Source: a virus (lineage: Duplodnaviria > Caudoviricetes). From it: a stretch of 64,000 nt of DNA. Both the position numbers and the translations under genes were made by a program. Below, piece after piece: positions 1-10,052 of the stretch. How positions within the stretch are numbered: the stretch's first letter is position 1; the number at the start of each line of letters is the position of its first letter. The stretch spans positions 1 to 64,000 of the IMG/VR virus record IMGVR_UViG_3300028591_000119; one strand, 5' to 3'. Under the pieces are notes generated by a model, which did no database searches, was not told where the DNA came from, and saw only the letters and a program-made list of their open reading frames with translations.

Positions 1-106
1 CTAGTTATTATAATTACATCTCTTTATATAATAATAATGGAATAACTCCATTTGATATTAATAAGAATGATAAATATATAGATATAAAAAGTAAAGGTAT
101 AACACC
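1..106 (+). repeat. 106-bp exact direct repeat, copy 1 (copy 2 at 13872-13977)
   Basis: Base-by-base identity from CTAGTTATTATAATT to GGTATAACACC; may extend upstream beyond the window. Confidence 0.97.
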
Positions 107-119
107 ATTTGACTTGTAA
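1..119 (+). CDS. 3' end of a gene truncated by the window edge; paralog of the nuclease at 12809-14005 (ends ...SYYNYISLYNNNGITPFDINKNDKYIDIKSKGITPFDL*)
   Basis: Frame 3 is open to TAA at 117-119. Bases 1-106 are identical to 13872-13977. A terminator hairpin follows. Confidence 0.85.
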   Translation, partial: SYYNYISLYNNNGITPFDINKNDKYIDIKSKGITPFDL

Positions 120-130
120 GACCTGTAAAA

Positions 131-162
131 ATTATTCTCTCCCTAAACAGGGAGAGAATAAT
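131..162. terminator. bidirectional intrinsic terminator
   Basis: ATTATTCTCTCCCT-AAAC-AGGGAGAGAATAAT between convergent genes. Confidence 0.85.
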
Positions 163-164
163 AA

Positions 165-1091
165 TCATTTATCTTCTTCATCTAATATTCGTATAAATTT
201 TTTAGTATTTCGTATTCTATATTTAAAATTATTAATAATTACCCTTATACCTTGTTTACTAATACCACCATATTTACGTCCTAAATCCGCATATGTTATA
301 TTTGTAGTAGCATATTCTTCAAATATTTTGTAATCGCGATAAATATTTTTTACATTTTTCCATCGCTTCAACACAGCATTTCGAATATCTTCTATTACAA
401 ATTTAGCATCGATAAGTTTATATATTTCTTCACTATATTTATCAGCTAACGTATCTAATACAGTCATTTTGTTTTCATCATTTATATAATCATCTAGTGA
501 TATAATGTCTATACCTGCTACATAACAAAGAAACGAATTTCTTTTACATCCATAAATATTGTTAAATGACTCATCAGACATATCGAAAATATAATCGATA
601 TCTCGATTCTCAATAGTCAATGATTTCAAAATCGATTTATATTTATTAATCAATGTACTATGCTGTATACCTAGACTATTATACGTGTCCTCAATATATG
701 TGCGTATACGAAATCTATAATCGTTTATCAAATATGTATATATTGAACAGTTATATAGTTTAGCGTCATATTTATCTAAAGCAAACCACATACATTCTAA
801 CGCAAATTGAAGATATTCATTATATTCTACGTTCTTATATAATACTCTATATCTATCCCAATATGAATGTTGAGCAATATAAACAGCATACCAAACCAGA
901 TTATCAAATATTTTTTGTTTATTTGCTTGTATCCGTGATTGATTAGATAATAAACTATCTAATTCATTATTCGTTAATATCGGTTTATATGTGGTACTTT
1001 TTTTATCATATAGATATGACGTGTTTAATATTGTGTCTTTTAGATATCTTACATCAATTTTACTTTCGTATTTTAGATATCTTTCATTCAT
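165..1091 (-). CDS. sigma70-family RNA polymerase sigma factor-like protein
   Basis: Region-2-like EYLQFALECMWFALDKYD...YTY, a region-3-like ISLDDYINDENKMTVLDTLAD, and a C-terminal region-4 HTH TYADLGRKYGGISKQGIRVI. Confidence 0.75.
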   Translation of the reverse strand: MNERYLKYESKIDVRYLKDTILNTSYLYDKKSTTYKPILTNNELDSLLSNQSRIQANKQKIFDNLVWYAVYIAQHSYWDRYRVLYKNVEYNEYLQFALECMWFALDKYDAKLYNCSIYTYLINDYRFRIRTYIEDTYNSLGIQHSTLINKYKSILKSLTIENRDIDYIFDMSDESFNNIYGCKRNSFLCYVAGIDIISLDDYINDENKMTVLDTLADKYSEEIYKLIDAKFVIEDIRNAVLKRWKNVKNIYRDYKIFEEYATTNITYADLGRKYGGISKQGIRVIINNFKYRIRNTKKFIRILDEEDK

Positions 1092-1093
1092 AA

Positions 1094-1816
1094 TTACTTC
1101 TTTCCGATAAGATAGTCAATATATCGATTCAAAACAATCAGCTTGTTTTTATCATCCATTTGGACATATTCTTCAGTCGTACGAGGATCAGTTGCAAACG
1201 CTTTCTTAGCTTCTTCATTGAGGATATATTTCTCTATACATAACTCTCTGAATTTAGGAAGATTTTCAATCCAATTACAGAATGTTCCCCAGTCTTCTTT
1301 AAGTTTATGATGATGTCTTTGTATCCAGATAGTTTTTAGTTGAAGATAATTGGTTGTTACAGTTTCCCATAATTCAAAACCTGCTGGTAAATTTGATCTA
1401 AGTTTAATAAAATTTTCATAACTCTTATCTTCAAGATATTTGTTAAGAAGTTCTCTTATCTGCTTTTTAGATTCTTCTGTAACATATTTGTTATATGGGT
1501 CATGTGAATCATCGTCAAGCATTTTAGATAATGAATGCATTGTGCTTTGACTCATGATGATATCCATAAAATGATATCTTTGGAATTCAGGTGTCCAATA
1601 CTGTGGATATTTAATATCGAATTGTACTACAATACCTTTAAGATATGCATCATGTGATTGATGTTCGTCAAGGTTATTACCTAACATTTTAGCCACTGCT
1701 AATTGTTTTTCAGATACAGGTTTAGTAGTATCAATTTCACCTACGCTGTATGAATTTGAAATTGCATTTATTGCTCTATCTAATCCGAGCATTTCTGTGT
1801 TAGTTATGCAAATCAT
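1094..1816 (-). CDS. ThyX-like (FAD-dependent thymidylate synthase fold) phage protein
   Basis: Motifs H.AYLKGI.VQFDI..P.YW..EFQRYH...SQSTMH, LPAGF and TNYLQLKTIW.QR..HKL.EDW..FC.WI..LP are typical of the divergent phage ThyX-like family. GGAGG RBS. Confidence 0.7.
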   Translation of the reverse strand: MICITNTEMLGLDRAINAISNSYSVGEIDTTKPVSEKQLAVAKMLGNNLDEHQSHDAYLKGIVVQFDIKYPQYWTPEFQRYHFMDIIMSQSTMHSLSKMLDDDSHDPYNKYVTEESKKQIRELLNKYLEDKSYENFIKLRSNLPAGFELWETVTTNYLQLKTIWIQRHHHKLKEDWGTFCNWIENLPKFRELCIEKYILNEEAKKAFATDPRTTEEYVQMDDKNKLIVLNRYIDYLIGKK

Positions 1817-1888
1817 CTTTTTCCTCCATTATATTTGCAAGTTTTACAATATCATTATACATTAAATAAGTTTCTTTTAAAATAAAAA

Positions 1889-1916
1889 GATACACAGGAT
1901 TTCTCCTGTGTATCTA
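1889..1916 (-). terminator. intrinsic terminator
   Basis: AGATACACAGGA-TTTC-TCCTGTGTATCT hairpin followed by a U tract on the minus strand. Confidence 0.8.
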
Positions 1917-1925
1917 TCTTCAATA

Positions 1926-2651
1926 TTAATTAGGTACGGCTACTATTCCATAGAATAATTCAGTGTTATCAGAATCGGCTTTATTTATCGCTTTAAAGAA
2001 CTCGTCTTTAGGATAATATACATCGTTACCATCAATACCTATAGGTTTATAATTTTTAAGTGGATTACCGTAACTATCATCTATTATAATATGTGTAACG
2101 TTTTTAAAATTAGCATTATCTATCAAAAAACTAATATTGTCCCCTGAGAAATAAATATCTTTATCAATATTTTCTAACTCAGCTTTAAAACCTACAATAC
2201 ATATAGCGTGACTAAGACCGGCAAATTTACCACTTGTTACTACGCCTCTTCCACGTTGTATTTCTTCTATGATAGCTAATTTAGACATATTATAATTTAA
2301 TTTAACACATTCGTAACCCACCCATCTATTGAAACAATATACCTCAACTTCCCAAAGTTCTCGAATGTCACCACCTTTCTTTAAGTAATTTCTTACCCAT
2401 AAAGTTTTACAATAATTGTCAACCCATTCTTTAACCTCAGGACTATTGTGCATATACCAATCGAATCCATCTCCAGGTTGTTCAAAACCACCAGTTTTTT
2501 CTTTACTTGTAGGAAGAGTTAGGTTTAAAACTCCTTTAGCTAAATTAATTAAAGAAGTTGGGAAACATGTTATGAATGGATCTCGTTCATTATTAATCTG
2601 TTTGTAATATTTGTCTTTAATAGAGTTATTATGAATGTAAATACTTTTCAT
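1926..2651 (-). CDS. C39-like (papain-fold) cysteine peptidase
   Basis: YYKQ.NN....TCFPTS (Q and catalytic C), SHAICIVG (H) and IIDDSYG (D). Start moved to ATG 2651 because a GAGGAG RBS precedes it and the longer ORF overlaps the upstream gene. Confidence 0.7.
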   Translation of the reverse strand: MKSIYIHNNSIKDKYYKQINNERDPFITCFPTSLINLAKGVLNLTLPTSKEKTGGFEQPGDGFDWYMHNSPEVKEWVDNYCKTLWVRNYLKKGGDIRELWEVEVYCFNRWVGYECVKLNYNMSKLAIIEEIQRGRGVVTSGKFAGLSHAICIVGFKAELENIDKDIYFSGDNISFLIDNANFKNVTHIIIDDSYGNPLKNYKPIGIDGNDVYYPKDEFFKAINKADSDNTELFYGIVAVPN

Positions 2652-2688
2652 ATTACTTTCTCCTCTGATACAATTATCAGTACCAGTA

Positions 2689-5600
2689 CTATTGACCTCT
2701 GTCCTTCTTATAATCTTCAGTAATGTATTTATAATAAGCTTCAGTAATTCCATCATATCGTTTCTTTCCTGTCTTATCAGTAGATACAAATATCTCTTTT
2801 TTATATTTATCAGCCAATTCTTTTTGAGAAGAAATTGCTGTGGCTGTAAGACTCTCTATATCTGTATCATTATGTTGATTAAATAAATCAGATGGTACAA
2901 TATCTTCTTTTCTACCTTTATAAACCGGTGTATTATCTGTATCACTCAAAGGCTGAACTTCGGATCTATCCAATTTTATAGTCCAAGTTTCATCTGAATT
3001 ATCTTTATCAGACCAATATTCATCCATATATTCTTTAGTTAAAAGAATTTCTTCATCATTATTTCTTCTAGTCCAACCTATATAAGATTTATAGTTATTT
3101 TTATTGATTGTTATAGGTTGATATTCGAATATATCTTCTAAACTATCTGGATTTAATAATTTAGGATTATCTCTTCTGAATAAAGTTATATCTATTTTAG
3201 GAGATCGAATATCAGGTAAAGTATATTGTCCTTTACCGTCATAATTGAACAAATATAAAATACTACTAGTATTATCTTTAACTTTCCACACCCAATCACC
3301 ATCAATGGATTCAGGTAATACTGGTATTATTAATCCTGATTCAGATTCCACATATTTTACTTCTCCAGGATTTTTATAAGTATGCATGATTGTGTATTTT
3401 TCTTTCATATTAATCAATGTTTTTCTTATAGTTTCCGGATCATTTATATTTATATCGTCGGATGTATTATTTTCAATATATGGATCGATATTATTATATG
3501 TTGTTCCAATAGAAGAAGTATCAACGTTTTGATCGGTTAAAGATGATACAAATTCATAAGAGAACTGATTATCTTTAATAGATGGGATTCCTTCAGAATC
3601 ATACACTATTTCGAAATCATATATTCGTATTATTCCATGATTGTGGAAGAGAACATATAATGAACCGCTAATAGTGAATGATATACCCATCAATGGGTTA
3701 TTTGTTTCATTAGGCCATATGTCTATATTATCTTTATTAAATATAATAGTTTCGTTTATATATATAGCATTATTTTTTGCTTCAAATAATGATCCTTTAT
3801 ATAAGCATTTCAAGAAAAATACGAGATTTGATAATGTTTCGAATCCGATACCAGCAAAAAATTTAATTTTACTTATATCAGTTAATTCTACAAATATCTT
3901 ATATTCATTAAAATTTCTATCAGTATAATATATTCGTTTAATTGTACCATCGCTATTTTTAGTTAAAACGAAAAATGTATCAATTTCTTGAATATAAGTC
4001 ACACCTAAAGCGATTTGTTTATCTACATCCAAATCTCTTGTTTTAATATTATTACTATATAAACCGAAACCAAATTCATTGATTTTGAGTACACGATTAT
4101 CTCTCAACACAAATGTTGTATAGAAAATTAAATCTAATATGTGTATATCTATTCCTTTAAGAGGAACTAATCCATATAATACATTGTAAGCATCTTTATC
4201 CATCCAATCAGCATACAACGACACGTCATCGGATACTGAAAATCTAGGTAATCTTTTAACAGGTTCATCCGTACAATCTATACTCTTATGATATCCCATA
4301 AATATATAATCTTTTTTACTAGGTTTATCCAATACTACACCGCGATTGAATGACGCTGTTATAGGATAACTTCCGCGATGAATACCTGAAAAAGGTAATT
4401 CCATTTTATCATAATACGATATCTTATAAGTTATTTCCTCAAATACTGGATATAATACCTCGAATTCTTTATTTACGGTTGTTGAAAGAGAAGTTATTAC
4501 GTCACCTATTAAATTAGGATTATTTTTCCATCCAACAAAATTGTATCCTGATTTGCTAGCAGTTAATAATTCTGTTTTAGAATTTTCATAATGTATATCT
4601 GATTCATCTAAATCGTTGAGTTGTATTCCGTTCGTAAAATATGAGATACGATATTCCGAATCTAAAGTTTCTACCATTTCTATAAGATATCTTCTTAAGA
4701 CATCATTAGAGTCGGTTACTTCGATTTCATAAGGTTGATCAGGAGAAAGAACTATAGTGGTATTATTACTATCTAATAATGGAGAATTAGCCCCAGATGA
4801 AACACTCAATTTAATGACATAAGAATCATCATCGGTTCTTTCATTATCTTTGATTGGGAAGAATACTTTATTATTAATATTATCTATTGTTCCAAAAATA
4901 TCGGTTTCAAGAGTAGGATTATCTACTTTACGTAATGTAGCTGATAGGATATAATTTTCTATTTTAGACCATATAGCATATAATGTGATATTCCTATCGA
5001 TAAATCTTTCATCAAAGTTAAACATTTCAGATCCATTTATATTTTCAGACCAACCTATAAATAAATATTGTTTTGTTTCATCCACAGGATCAATAGGTCT
5101 ATATGCTGATGCTGATGTTAATGGTTTGATTTTATCGAATTCTTTAATATTTGAAGAACCGATTTCTTGTAAATCAAACGTTATTTTAAAGAATGTATCG
5201 TGATTGAATTCATTATATAAATTTTTTATTTCATTAATATATGAACTTAAAGAATCTATATAGTATGCTATTTTTTCATCAGGCACATTAGACATGTATG
5301 CGTCGTCTATTAACTTTGATTCACCGTATAAACACTTTAATGCTTGTATAGAATACTTGATTGAATAATTACGTATCAAATATTTTGCTATCAAGTATTT
5401 TTTAATATTGATTTTATCTTCATCAGAGATTTTTTCATATTCTTCAGATTTATCTGTATATAACATAAATAAATTTTTTATATTATATACACCATTATTG
5501 TTAATTCGTTTTAGATCAAATGTTTCTATTAACTTGAATTCAGGTCTTTTTTCAAACAATTTACTACATAAATTCTGTATATCGGCGGCAGATAAATTAG

Positions 5601-7362
5601 TAATATTGATAACTTCAAAATTTGAACTCTTAATATCATTTGTTATAAATACTGAAATAGTATCAGGTATATTATCGAATATGTTATCCAGTTCATCTGA
5701 TATTTCTTCTTGTGTAACGCTAGAGTCAATGTAACTATCTGATTCTGTTGTGATATCGATGTTGGTTTCACCGTTGTTATTACCATTATTATTACTTCCA
5801 CTACCACTATCGTTGTTATCACCGTTATCGTTATTACCATTACCATTATTACTTCCACTACCACTATTGTTATTATTACCGTTATCGTTATTACCACTAC
5901 CATTATTACTATTATTAGAACCGCCATTGCTATTATTTGAAGTTGATTTATCAGGATTCGTTCCTATAAAATCTCCAACTGATGTATCGTTCTTTTTAGC
6001 AAATAACGTGTTATTTACAGAATATATTTCCTCAATAGTGAAGAGTGCACGCAAATCTTGTAACAACGACAACATGTTTGCAATTCCACCGGCAACAATT
6101 CCTTCACCATTACTATCGCCATTAGTATCGAATACATATTTAAAATCGTTATACAATTTACTGTTTTTCAATGAGTTGATCATCTCAGAGTTAGCTTTAC
6201 TCAATATATCAACATTTTTATATTCCAATCGTTTATGTAGTTTCTCGTTCACTAAACGTTTACTTGAAGGTATTTCATCTGAATGTGCCATGTAGATATA
6301 GATTTTCTTAAAATAAGAATTTCGTATATCAATATATTCTTTTATTTTAGTTATATTAGTTGCATCGAAATTTAAACCACACCCAGGATCTTTCCAACTT
6401 TTTTCAAAATTGGTTTTATTTTCTCCATTATCAAATTCTGATAATTCTATTTTAGGAGCGATCACGTCTATATCAGAAGTAGTGATCATATATCTGTTAT
6501 TCATCTCTTCATCATTGTCGCCAAAATATGAAAAATCTTTTAGAATTAAAGGAAATTCGTTTATAAATTCTATAAATCGTTCATCTGTAAAATTATCAAA
6601 ACTATAAACTAGTACATTTTTAAAAATTTCAATAATCCAGTTTTTATAAACGAATGCTATTTCTTCATTATCTGTGGCCGCACCTTGAGATAAATCAGTA
6701 TATTTCTTGTATAATATTTTACAAATATATTTAGGAACTTTATAACAACCTCGTTGAGCAGAATAAATTGCTCGTTTCCACATAGTATTAGTGTAATCGT
6801 ATTGAGTATTGTTGTATTGGTCTAGATATTCTAGATTTTTAGGTAAATCTGATTCCAGACAAACTTTGAGTAATTTATTTTGATAATTTGGATTTGAACC
6901 TGTATATCGTAATGGTTTTACAATACTATTTAAAATTACTTGATCATAAACCGAATCGTCTTTAAGTAATGAAACTACACCTAGAACAGCCGCACCAGTC
7001 AAATCTCCTAATGCACTATCCACCCATGACATTCCAATATTGATAATGTCAGATGCCCAACTATCGAATAGTCCAGATTTTAAACCAAATTTATCAGCTA
7101 AAGCTTTTAATAATTTATTATCTCCTAATCCTAATTTATTTAATAAAGAATCGAGATTAAAACCGTCTAAAGTGTTGTTTATGTAACCTTTAAATGCGTC
7201 TAATCCACCAGTCACATTATTCATAAGACCAGTTAAACTACTTAACGCTCCGGTCAACCATCCTCCTTTACCAGAATCAGATAATAATTTATTAAATAAA
7301 TCTACTGAGGATGTTAAGGATTTTCCTTTGTCTATATAATTATTTAAAACATTAGTAGCCAT
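2689..7362 (-). CDS. large (1557 aa) virion/tail-associated protein with Listeria-Bacteroides (InlB B-type) repeats and an Asn/Gly/Ser-rich linker
   Basis: Repeats YLFIGWSE...NITLYAIW, SKSGYNFVGWK...LYPVF and PSKKDYIFMGY...VSLYADW. Late-type promoter GACATCATAATG and AGGAG RBS upstream. Confidence 0.65.
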   Translation of the reverse strand: MATNVLNNYIDKGKSLTSSVDLFNKLLSDSGKGGWLTGALSSLTGLMNNVTGGLDAFKGYINNTLDGFNLDSLLNKLGLGDNKLLKALADKFGLKSGLFDSWASDIINIGMSWVDSALGDLTGAAVLGVVSLLKDDSVYDQVILNSIVKPLRYTGSNPNYQNKLLKVCLESDLPKNLEYLDQYNNTQYDYTNTMWKRAIYSAQRGCYKVPKYICKILYKKYTDLSQGAATDNEEIAFVYKNWIIEIFKNVLVYSFDNFTDERFIEFINEFPLILKDFSYFGDNDEEMNNRYMITTSDIDVIAPKIELSEFDNGENKTNFEKSWKDPGCGLNFDATNITKIKEYIDIRNSYFKKIYIYMAHSDEIPSSKRLVNEKLHKRLEYKNVDILSKANSEMINSLKNSKLYNDFKYVFDTNGDSNGEGIVAGGIANMLSLLQDLRALFTIEEIYSVNNTLFAKKNDTSVGDFIGTNPDKSTSNNSNGGSNNSNNGSGNNDNGNNNNSGSGSNNGNGNNDNGDNNDSGSGSNNNGNNNGETNIDITTESDSYIDSSVTQEEISDELDNIFDNIPDTISVFITNDIKSSNFEVINITNLSAADIQNLCSKLFEKRPEFKLIETFDLKRINNNGVYNIKNLFMLYTDKSEEYEKISDEDKINIKKYLIAKYLIRNYSIKYSIQALKCLYGESKLIDDAYMSNVPDEKIAYYIDSLSSYINEIKNLYNEFNHDTFFKITFDLQEIGSSNIKEFDKIKPLTSASAYRPIDPVDETKQYLFIGWSENINGSEMFNFDERFIDRNITLYAIWSKIENYILSATLRKVDNPTLETDIFGTIDNINNKVFFPIKDNERTDDDSYVIKLSVSSGANSPLLDSNNTTIVLSPDQPYEIEVTDSNDVLRRYLIEMVETLDSEYRISYFTNGIQLNDLDESDIHYENSKTELLTASKSGYNFVGWKNNPNLIGDVITSLSTTVNKEFEVLYPVFEEITYKISYYDKMELPFSGIHRGSYPITASFNRGVVLDKPSKKDYIFMGYHKSIDCTDEPVKRLPRFSVSDDVSLYADWMDKDAYNVLYGLVPLKGIDIHILDLIFYTTFVLRDNRVLKINEFGFGLYSNNIKTRDLDVDKQIALGVTYIQEIDTFFVLTKNSDGTIKRIYYTDRNFNEYKIFVELTDISKIKFFAGIGFETLSNLVFFLKCLYKGSLFEAKNNAIYINETIIFNKDNIDIWPNETNNPLMGISFTISGSLYVLFHNHGIIRIYDFEIVYDSEGIPSIKDNQFSYEFVSSLTDQNVDTSSIGTTYNNIDPYIENNTSDDININDPETIRKTLINMKEKYTIMHTYKNPGEVKYVESESGLIIPVLPESIDGDWVWKVKDNTSSILYLFNYDGKGQYTLPDIRSPKIDITLFRRDNPKLLNPDSLEDIFEYQPITINKNNYKSYIGWTRRNNDEEILLTKEYMDEYWSDKDNSDETWTIKLDRSEVQPLSDTDNTPVYKGRKEDIVPSDLFNQHNDTDIESLTATAISSQKELADKYKKEIFVSTDKTGKKRYDGITEAYYKYITEDYKKDRGQ
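5770..5940 (-). repeat. low-complexity imperfect tandem repeat encoding an N/G/S/D linker
   Basis: Repeated CCATTATTACTTCCACTACCACTAT and ACCGTTATCGTTATTACC units on the + strand. Confidence 0.85.
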
Positions 7363-7391
7363 AAAATCAATCTCCTGTTTGAGATTTTCGT

Positions 7392-7403
7392 CATTATGAT
7401 GTC
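7392..7403 (-). promoter_or_regulatory. late-type promoter motif GACATCATAATG
   Basis: Identical 12-mer upstream of three large structural genes (also 29060-29071 and 33178-33189). Confidence 0.7.
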
Positions 7404-7428
7404 AAAAAATAAAAAATAACCCAAAATA

Positions 7429-7449
7429 GAGGACGCTAATAGCGTCCTC
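7429..7449 (-). terminator. intrinsic terminator
   Basis: GAGGACGCT-AAT-AGCGTCCTC hairpin just past the CYTH gene stop. Confidence 0.75.
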
Positions 7450-7459
7450 CAAATAATTT

Positions 7460-8140
7460 CTACATTTTAAGAATATCTTTCCAAAGTCTATTGTCTTTAT
7501 CTGCTGGATTTAATCCGAAATATTTAACAATTTCTTCAAGAGCTTTAGTTGCTTCTTCAGTAGTTATAGTTAATAAATTATTGTCTTTAAGAACATATTC
7601 TATTTCGAAATAATACAAATCATTTACATTATCAAAATCAACCACAATTTCACCGAATGCAGGTTTGAATGTCAAACAACGTTTAATCTTATTGAAATAT
7701 CTGTATCCTAAAGCATCGAAACATTTAGATACTACGTCACATTGTTCTTTAGAAATTTTCTCTTCAAATTCAGAATTACTTTCGCCCTTTTCAGTAACTT
7801 TACGGTGTTTATATGTGATGTAGATATCGTTTTCTGATTCGGGATCTTCCCACTTTTCAATTTCACCAGCATCAAACATTTTGTGTGTAGGATAAAAGAA
7901 CCAATTCTTAACATCACATTCTTTATCTGGACTAAAATATTCAATCATTTTATCAGATACAACGTTAGTTGATCTTATTCGGATGATTTCGTGGTTTTTA
8001 GCATTTGAATCATCAATAGAATTCCAATAACGATCTGTTTTAATTTTTAAAACATAAGAATATTCTTGAAATATCTTATCGATGACTTCTTCAGCTTTTT
8101 CCTTGCTCATAGGAATTTTGAATTCAATTTCTTTACTCAT
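7460..8140 (-). CDS. CYTH (triphosphate tunnel / class IV adenylate cyclase-like) domain protein
   Basis: N-terminal EIEFK (ExExK), D.YW, IRIR, ITYK, NSEFE, KIKR, VDFD.V and YFEIE motifs. Start at ATG 8140 with an AAGGAG RBS. Confidence 0.8.
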   Translation of the reverse strand: MSKEIEFKIPMSKEKAEEVIDKIFQEYSYVLKIKTDRYWNSIDDSNAKNHEIIRIRSTNVVSDKMIEYFSPDKECDVKNWFFYPTHKMFDAGEIEKWEDPESENDIYITYKHRKVTEKGESNSEFEEKISKEQCDVVSKCFDALGYRYFNKIKRCLTFKPAFGEIVVDFDNVNDLYYFEIEYVLKDNNLLTITTEEATKALEEIVKYFGLNPADKDNRLWKDILKM

Positions 8141-8172
8141 GTATTTTCTCCTTTTAGATGGATCGGTCACTG

Positions 8173-8967
8173 TTATTTATCTTCTTCAATCAATTTAGTA
8201 ATTCTGCCACATAATTTTGAATTATTATGTATATCTTTAATTTCGTCTTTATTATCATAAATACATATTTTATATATGTATTCTATTTGATCATCATTCA
8301 GATCTGAAGTATATTTAATTGCTTTATCGGTTTTTATACGTATTTGATAATATTTGTCATCTTTCAATGTATAAAATTCTATATCGTTGGAATTAAAAGA
8401 TTCGTTAACTATTGCTATGCGTTTATTGAATTTATTAGATTTATTATATTGTAAATACGTGTCAAATGTCGACAACATATTATGCTTAAACTCTTCTTTA
8501 TTTTGTATTTCAACTAGATTATTGTAATATTGATCAATATTACTATTATATTTCTTTTTAAATTCTTCTATGTATTTACGTATATTTTTTAATTGTTCAA
8601 AATATTTTATTACGTATATAATAAAATCGTTAGTACAAGAAGCTAAATTCGTGTCATTTTTGATAAATAGACCTCTTCCAATACACGTAGTAATTTGAAG
8701 CCATGCTAATTTTTTACTATTGTATACTGGAATATATCTGGATTTATCTAAATTAAATATATTATATATGAACATATCATAACATTTTTCAAATCGTGTA
8801 ACATCTACAATATCATCAAATTCTAATATGAATTCATTGATCTTAACAATTATGTTATTATAATCGTCGATAAATTTATTTGTATCGATATTATCGATAT
8901 GTTTTTCCCCTCGACCATTATTAGTGTTCCAAATACTGTTAATTTTATCTGTAATTTTACTGCACAT
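8173..8967 (-). CDS. hypothetical protein
   Basis: 264-aa ORF with an AAGGAG RBS, co-oriented with the CYTH gene. Confidence 0.8.
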   Translation of the reverse strand: MCSKITDKINSIWNTNNGRGEKHIDNIDTNKFIDDYNNIIVKINEFILEFDDIVDVTRFEKCYDMFIYNIFNLDKSRYIPVYNSKKLAWLQITTCIGRGLFIKNDTNLASCTNDFIIYVIKYFEQLKNIRKYIEEFKKKYNSNIDQYYNNLVEIQNKEEFKHNMLSTFDTYLQYNKSNKFNKRIAIVNESFNSNDIEFYTLKDDKYYQIRIKTDKAIKYTSDLNDDQIEYIYKICIYDNKDEIKDIHNNSKLCGRITKLIEEDK

Positions 8968-9095
8968 AATTTATCTCCTTTATGAACATGTTTCCTATAA
9001 TATAAATATATATTTGATGTAAAGATAAAATTATATATTTTATAAATAATATAACAATAAAATGAAAAAATAATGAATGGGTAAAGGAGGATATT

Positions 9096-10052
9096 ATGCG
9101 TTCATTTAATAAAGCGATAATGATAATGATAGTGTTATTGGTCTTTTTCAACTGTAGAATATTCGCGTATACTAATAACGATTTATTATCCGATGAGTTT
9201 AGATGGGATAGAAATATTAGTATATTTTTACCTGTTGCTAATGAAGAACTATTAGAACAAGACATTGTGAACTTAGTAAAAAGATATGTTCCAGAAAAAT
9301 ACGTAGATTGTTTCTTATATTATACTTATGATGAAGATAAATCAACTAGATTCGATTTACGTTCAAGAATTCTTTCAACGGGTTGGGTAGAAACTGAGTG
9401 GAAAAACGTTGTCAGTAAAATTAATACTAACGGAACTCGTGATTATGGATATCTTCAATTAAATTCTGGTAATATTAAAAATGCTTGGTTTATGGAAAAA
9501 TATGGACCAAAAAATACAGATGAATATATTAGAGATATTTCAGATAAAACCGAACTCTATCTTATAGTATGTATTAATTATTATAAATCCTTATATACAT
9601 TATATGGTGGAGACGACGCGTTTTATGCATATAATTGTGGTGAACCTCGATATCTAAAAAACAGAATTCCCGCAAGCACAATCGCATATAGGAATAAAAT
9701 CTTAAAGAAACTCAGAAATATCGAAGAAGAAATTGAAGATATTCGTGCTAAACGAATAGATGAAACCAATCAAATGATGCGAGAGTTATATATGAATATT
9801 CAGATGTCGAAATTAAATAAATTAATGCAAGAATATGCTATAAACTATATTTCTCGTGTTAATTTGAAATTGAATGATACGTTATTTATAAACGACGAAG
9901 ATGATATGGATAAGATAATTGAAGAGCTTAAAAGTTATCCAATAAGTGAAGAAAATCTAAATTATAGATATGTGGGAATATATAAAAGAAACACAGGAGC
10001 TATTGCCCCCGTGTTTAAAAATATTAGTACTGGAAAAGTATTATATTGTTAA
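9096..10052 (+). CDS. lytic transglycosylase (SLT/lysozyme-like) with N-terminal signal/anchor
   Basis: Catalytic VET, N.NGTRDYGYLQLNS and AFYAYNCG motifs; hydrophobic N-terminus; AAGGAGG RBS. Confidence 0.8.
   Translation: MRSFNKAIMIMIVLLVFFNCRIFAYTNNDLLSDEFRWDRNISIFLPVANEELLEQDIVNLVKRYVPEKYVDCFLYYTYDEDKSTRFDLRSRILSTGWVETEWKNVVSKINTNGTRDYGYLQLNSGNIKNAWFMEKYGPKNTDEYIRDISDKTELYLIVCINYYKSLYTLYGGDDAFYAYNCGEPRYLKNRIPASTIAYRNKILKKLRNIEEEIEDIRAKRIDETNQMMRELYMNIQMSKLNKLMQEYAINYISRVNLKLNDTLFINDEDDMDKIIEELKSYPISEENLNYRYVGIYKRNTGAIAPVFKNISTGKVLYC

Noticed and set aside
5750-6295. Leu/Pro-rich 181-aa ORF on + and 94-aa Val/Ile-rich ORF at 5643-5927
   Set aside because: Shadow frames of the Asn/Gly/Ser repeat within the 1557-aa gene.
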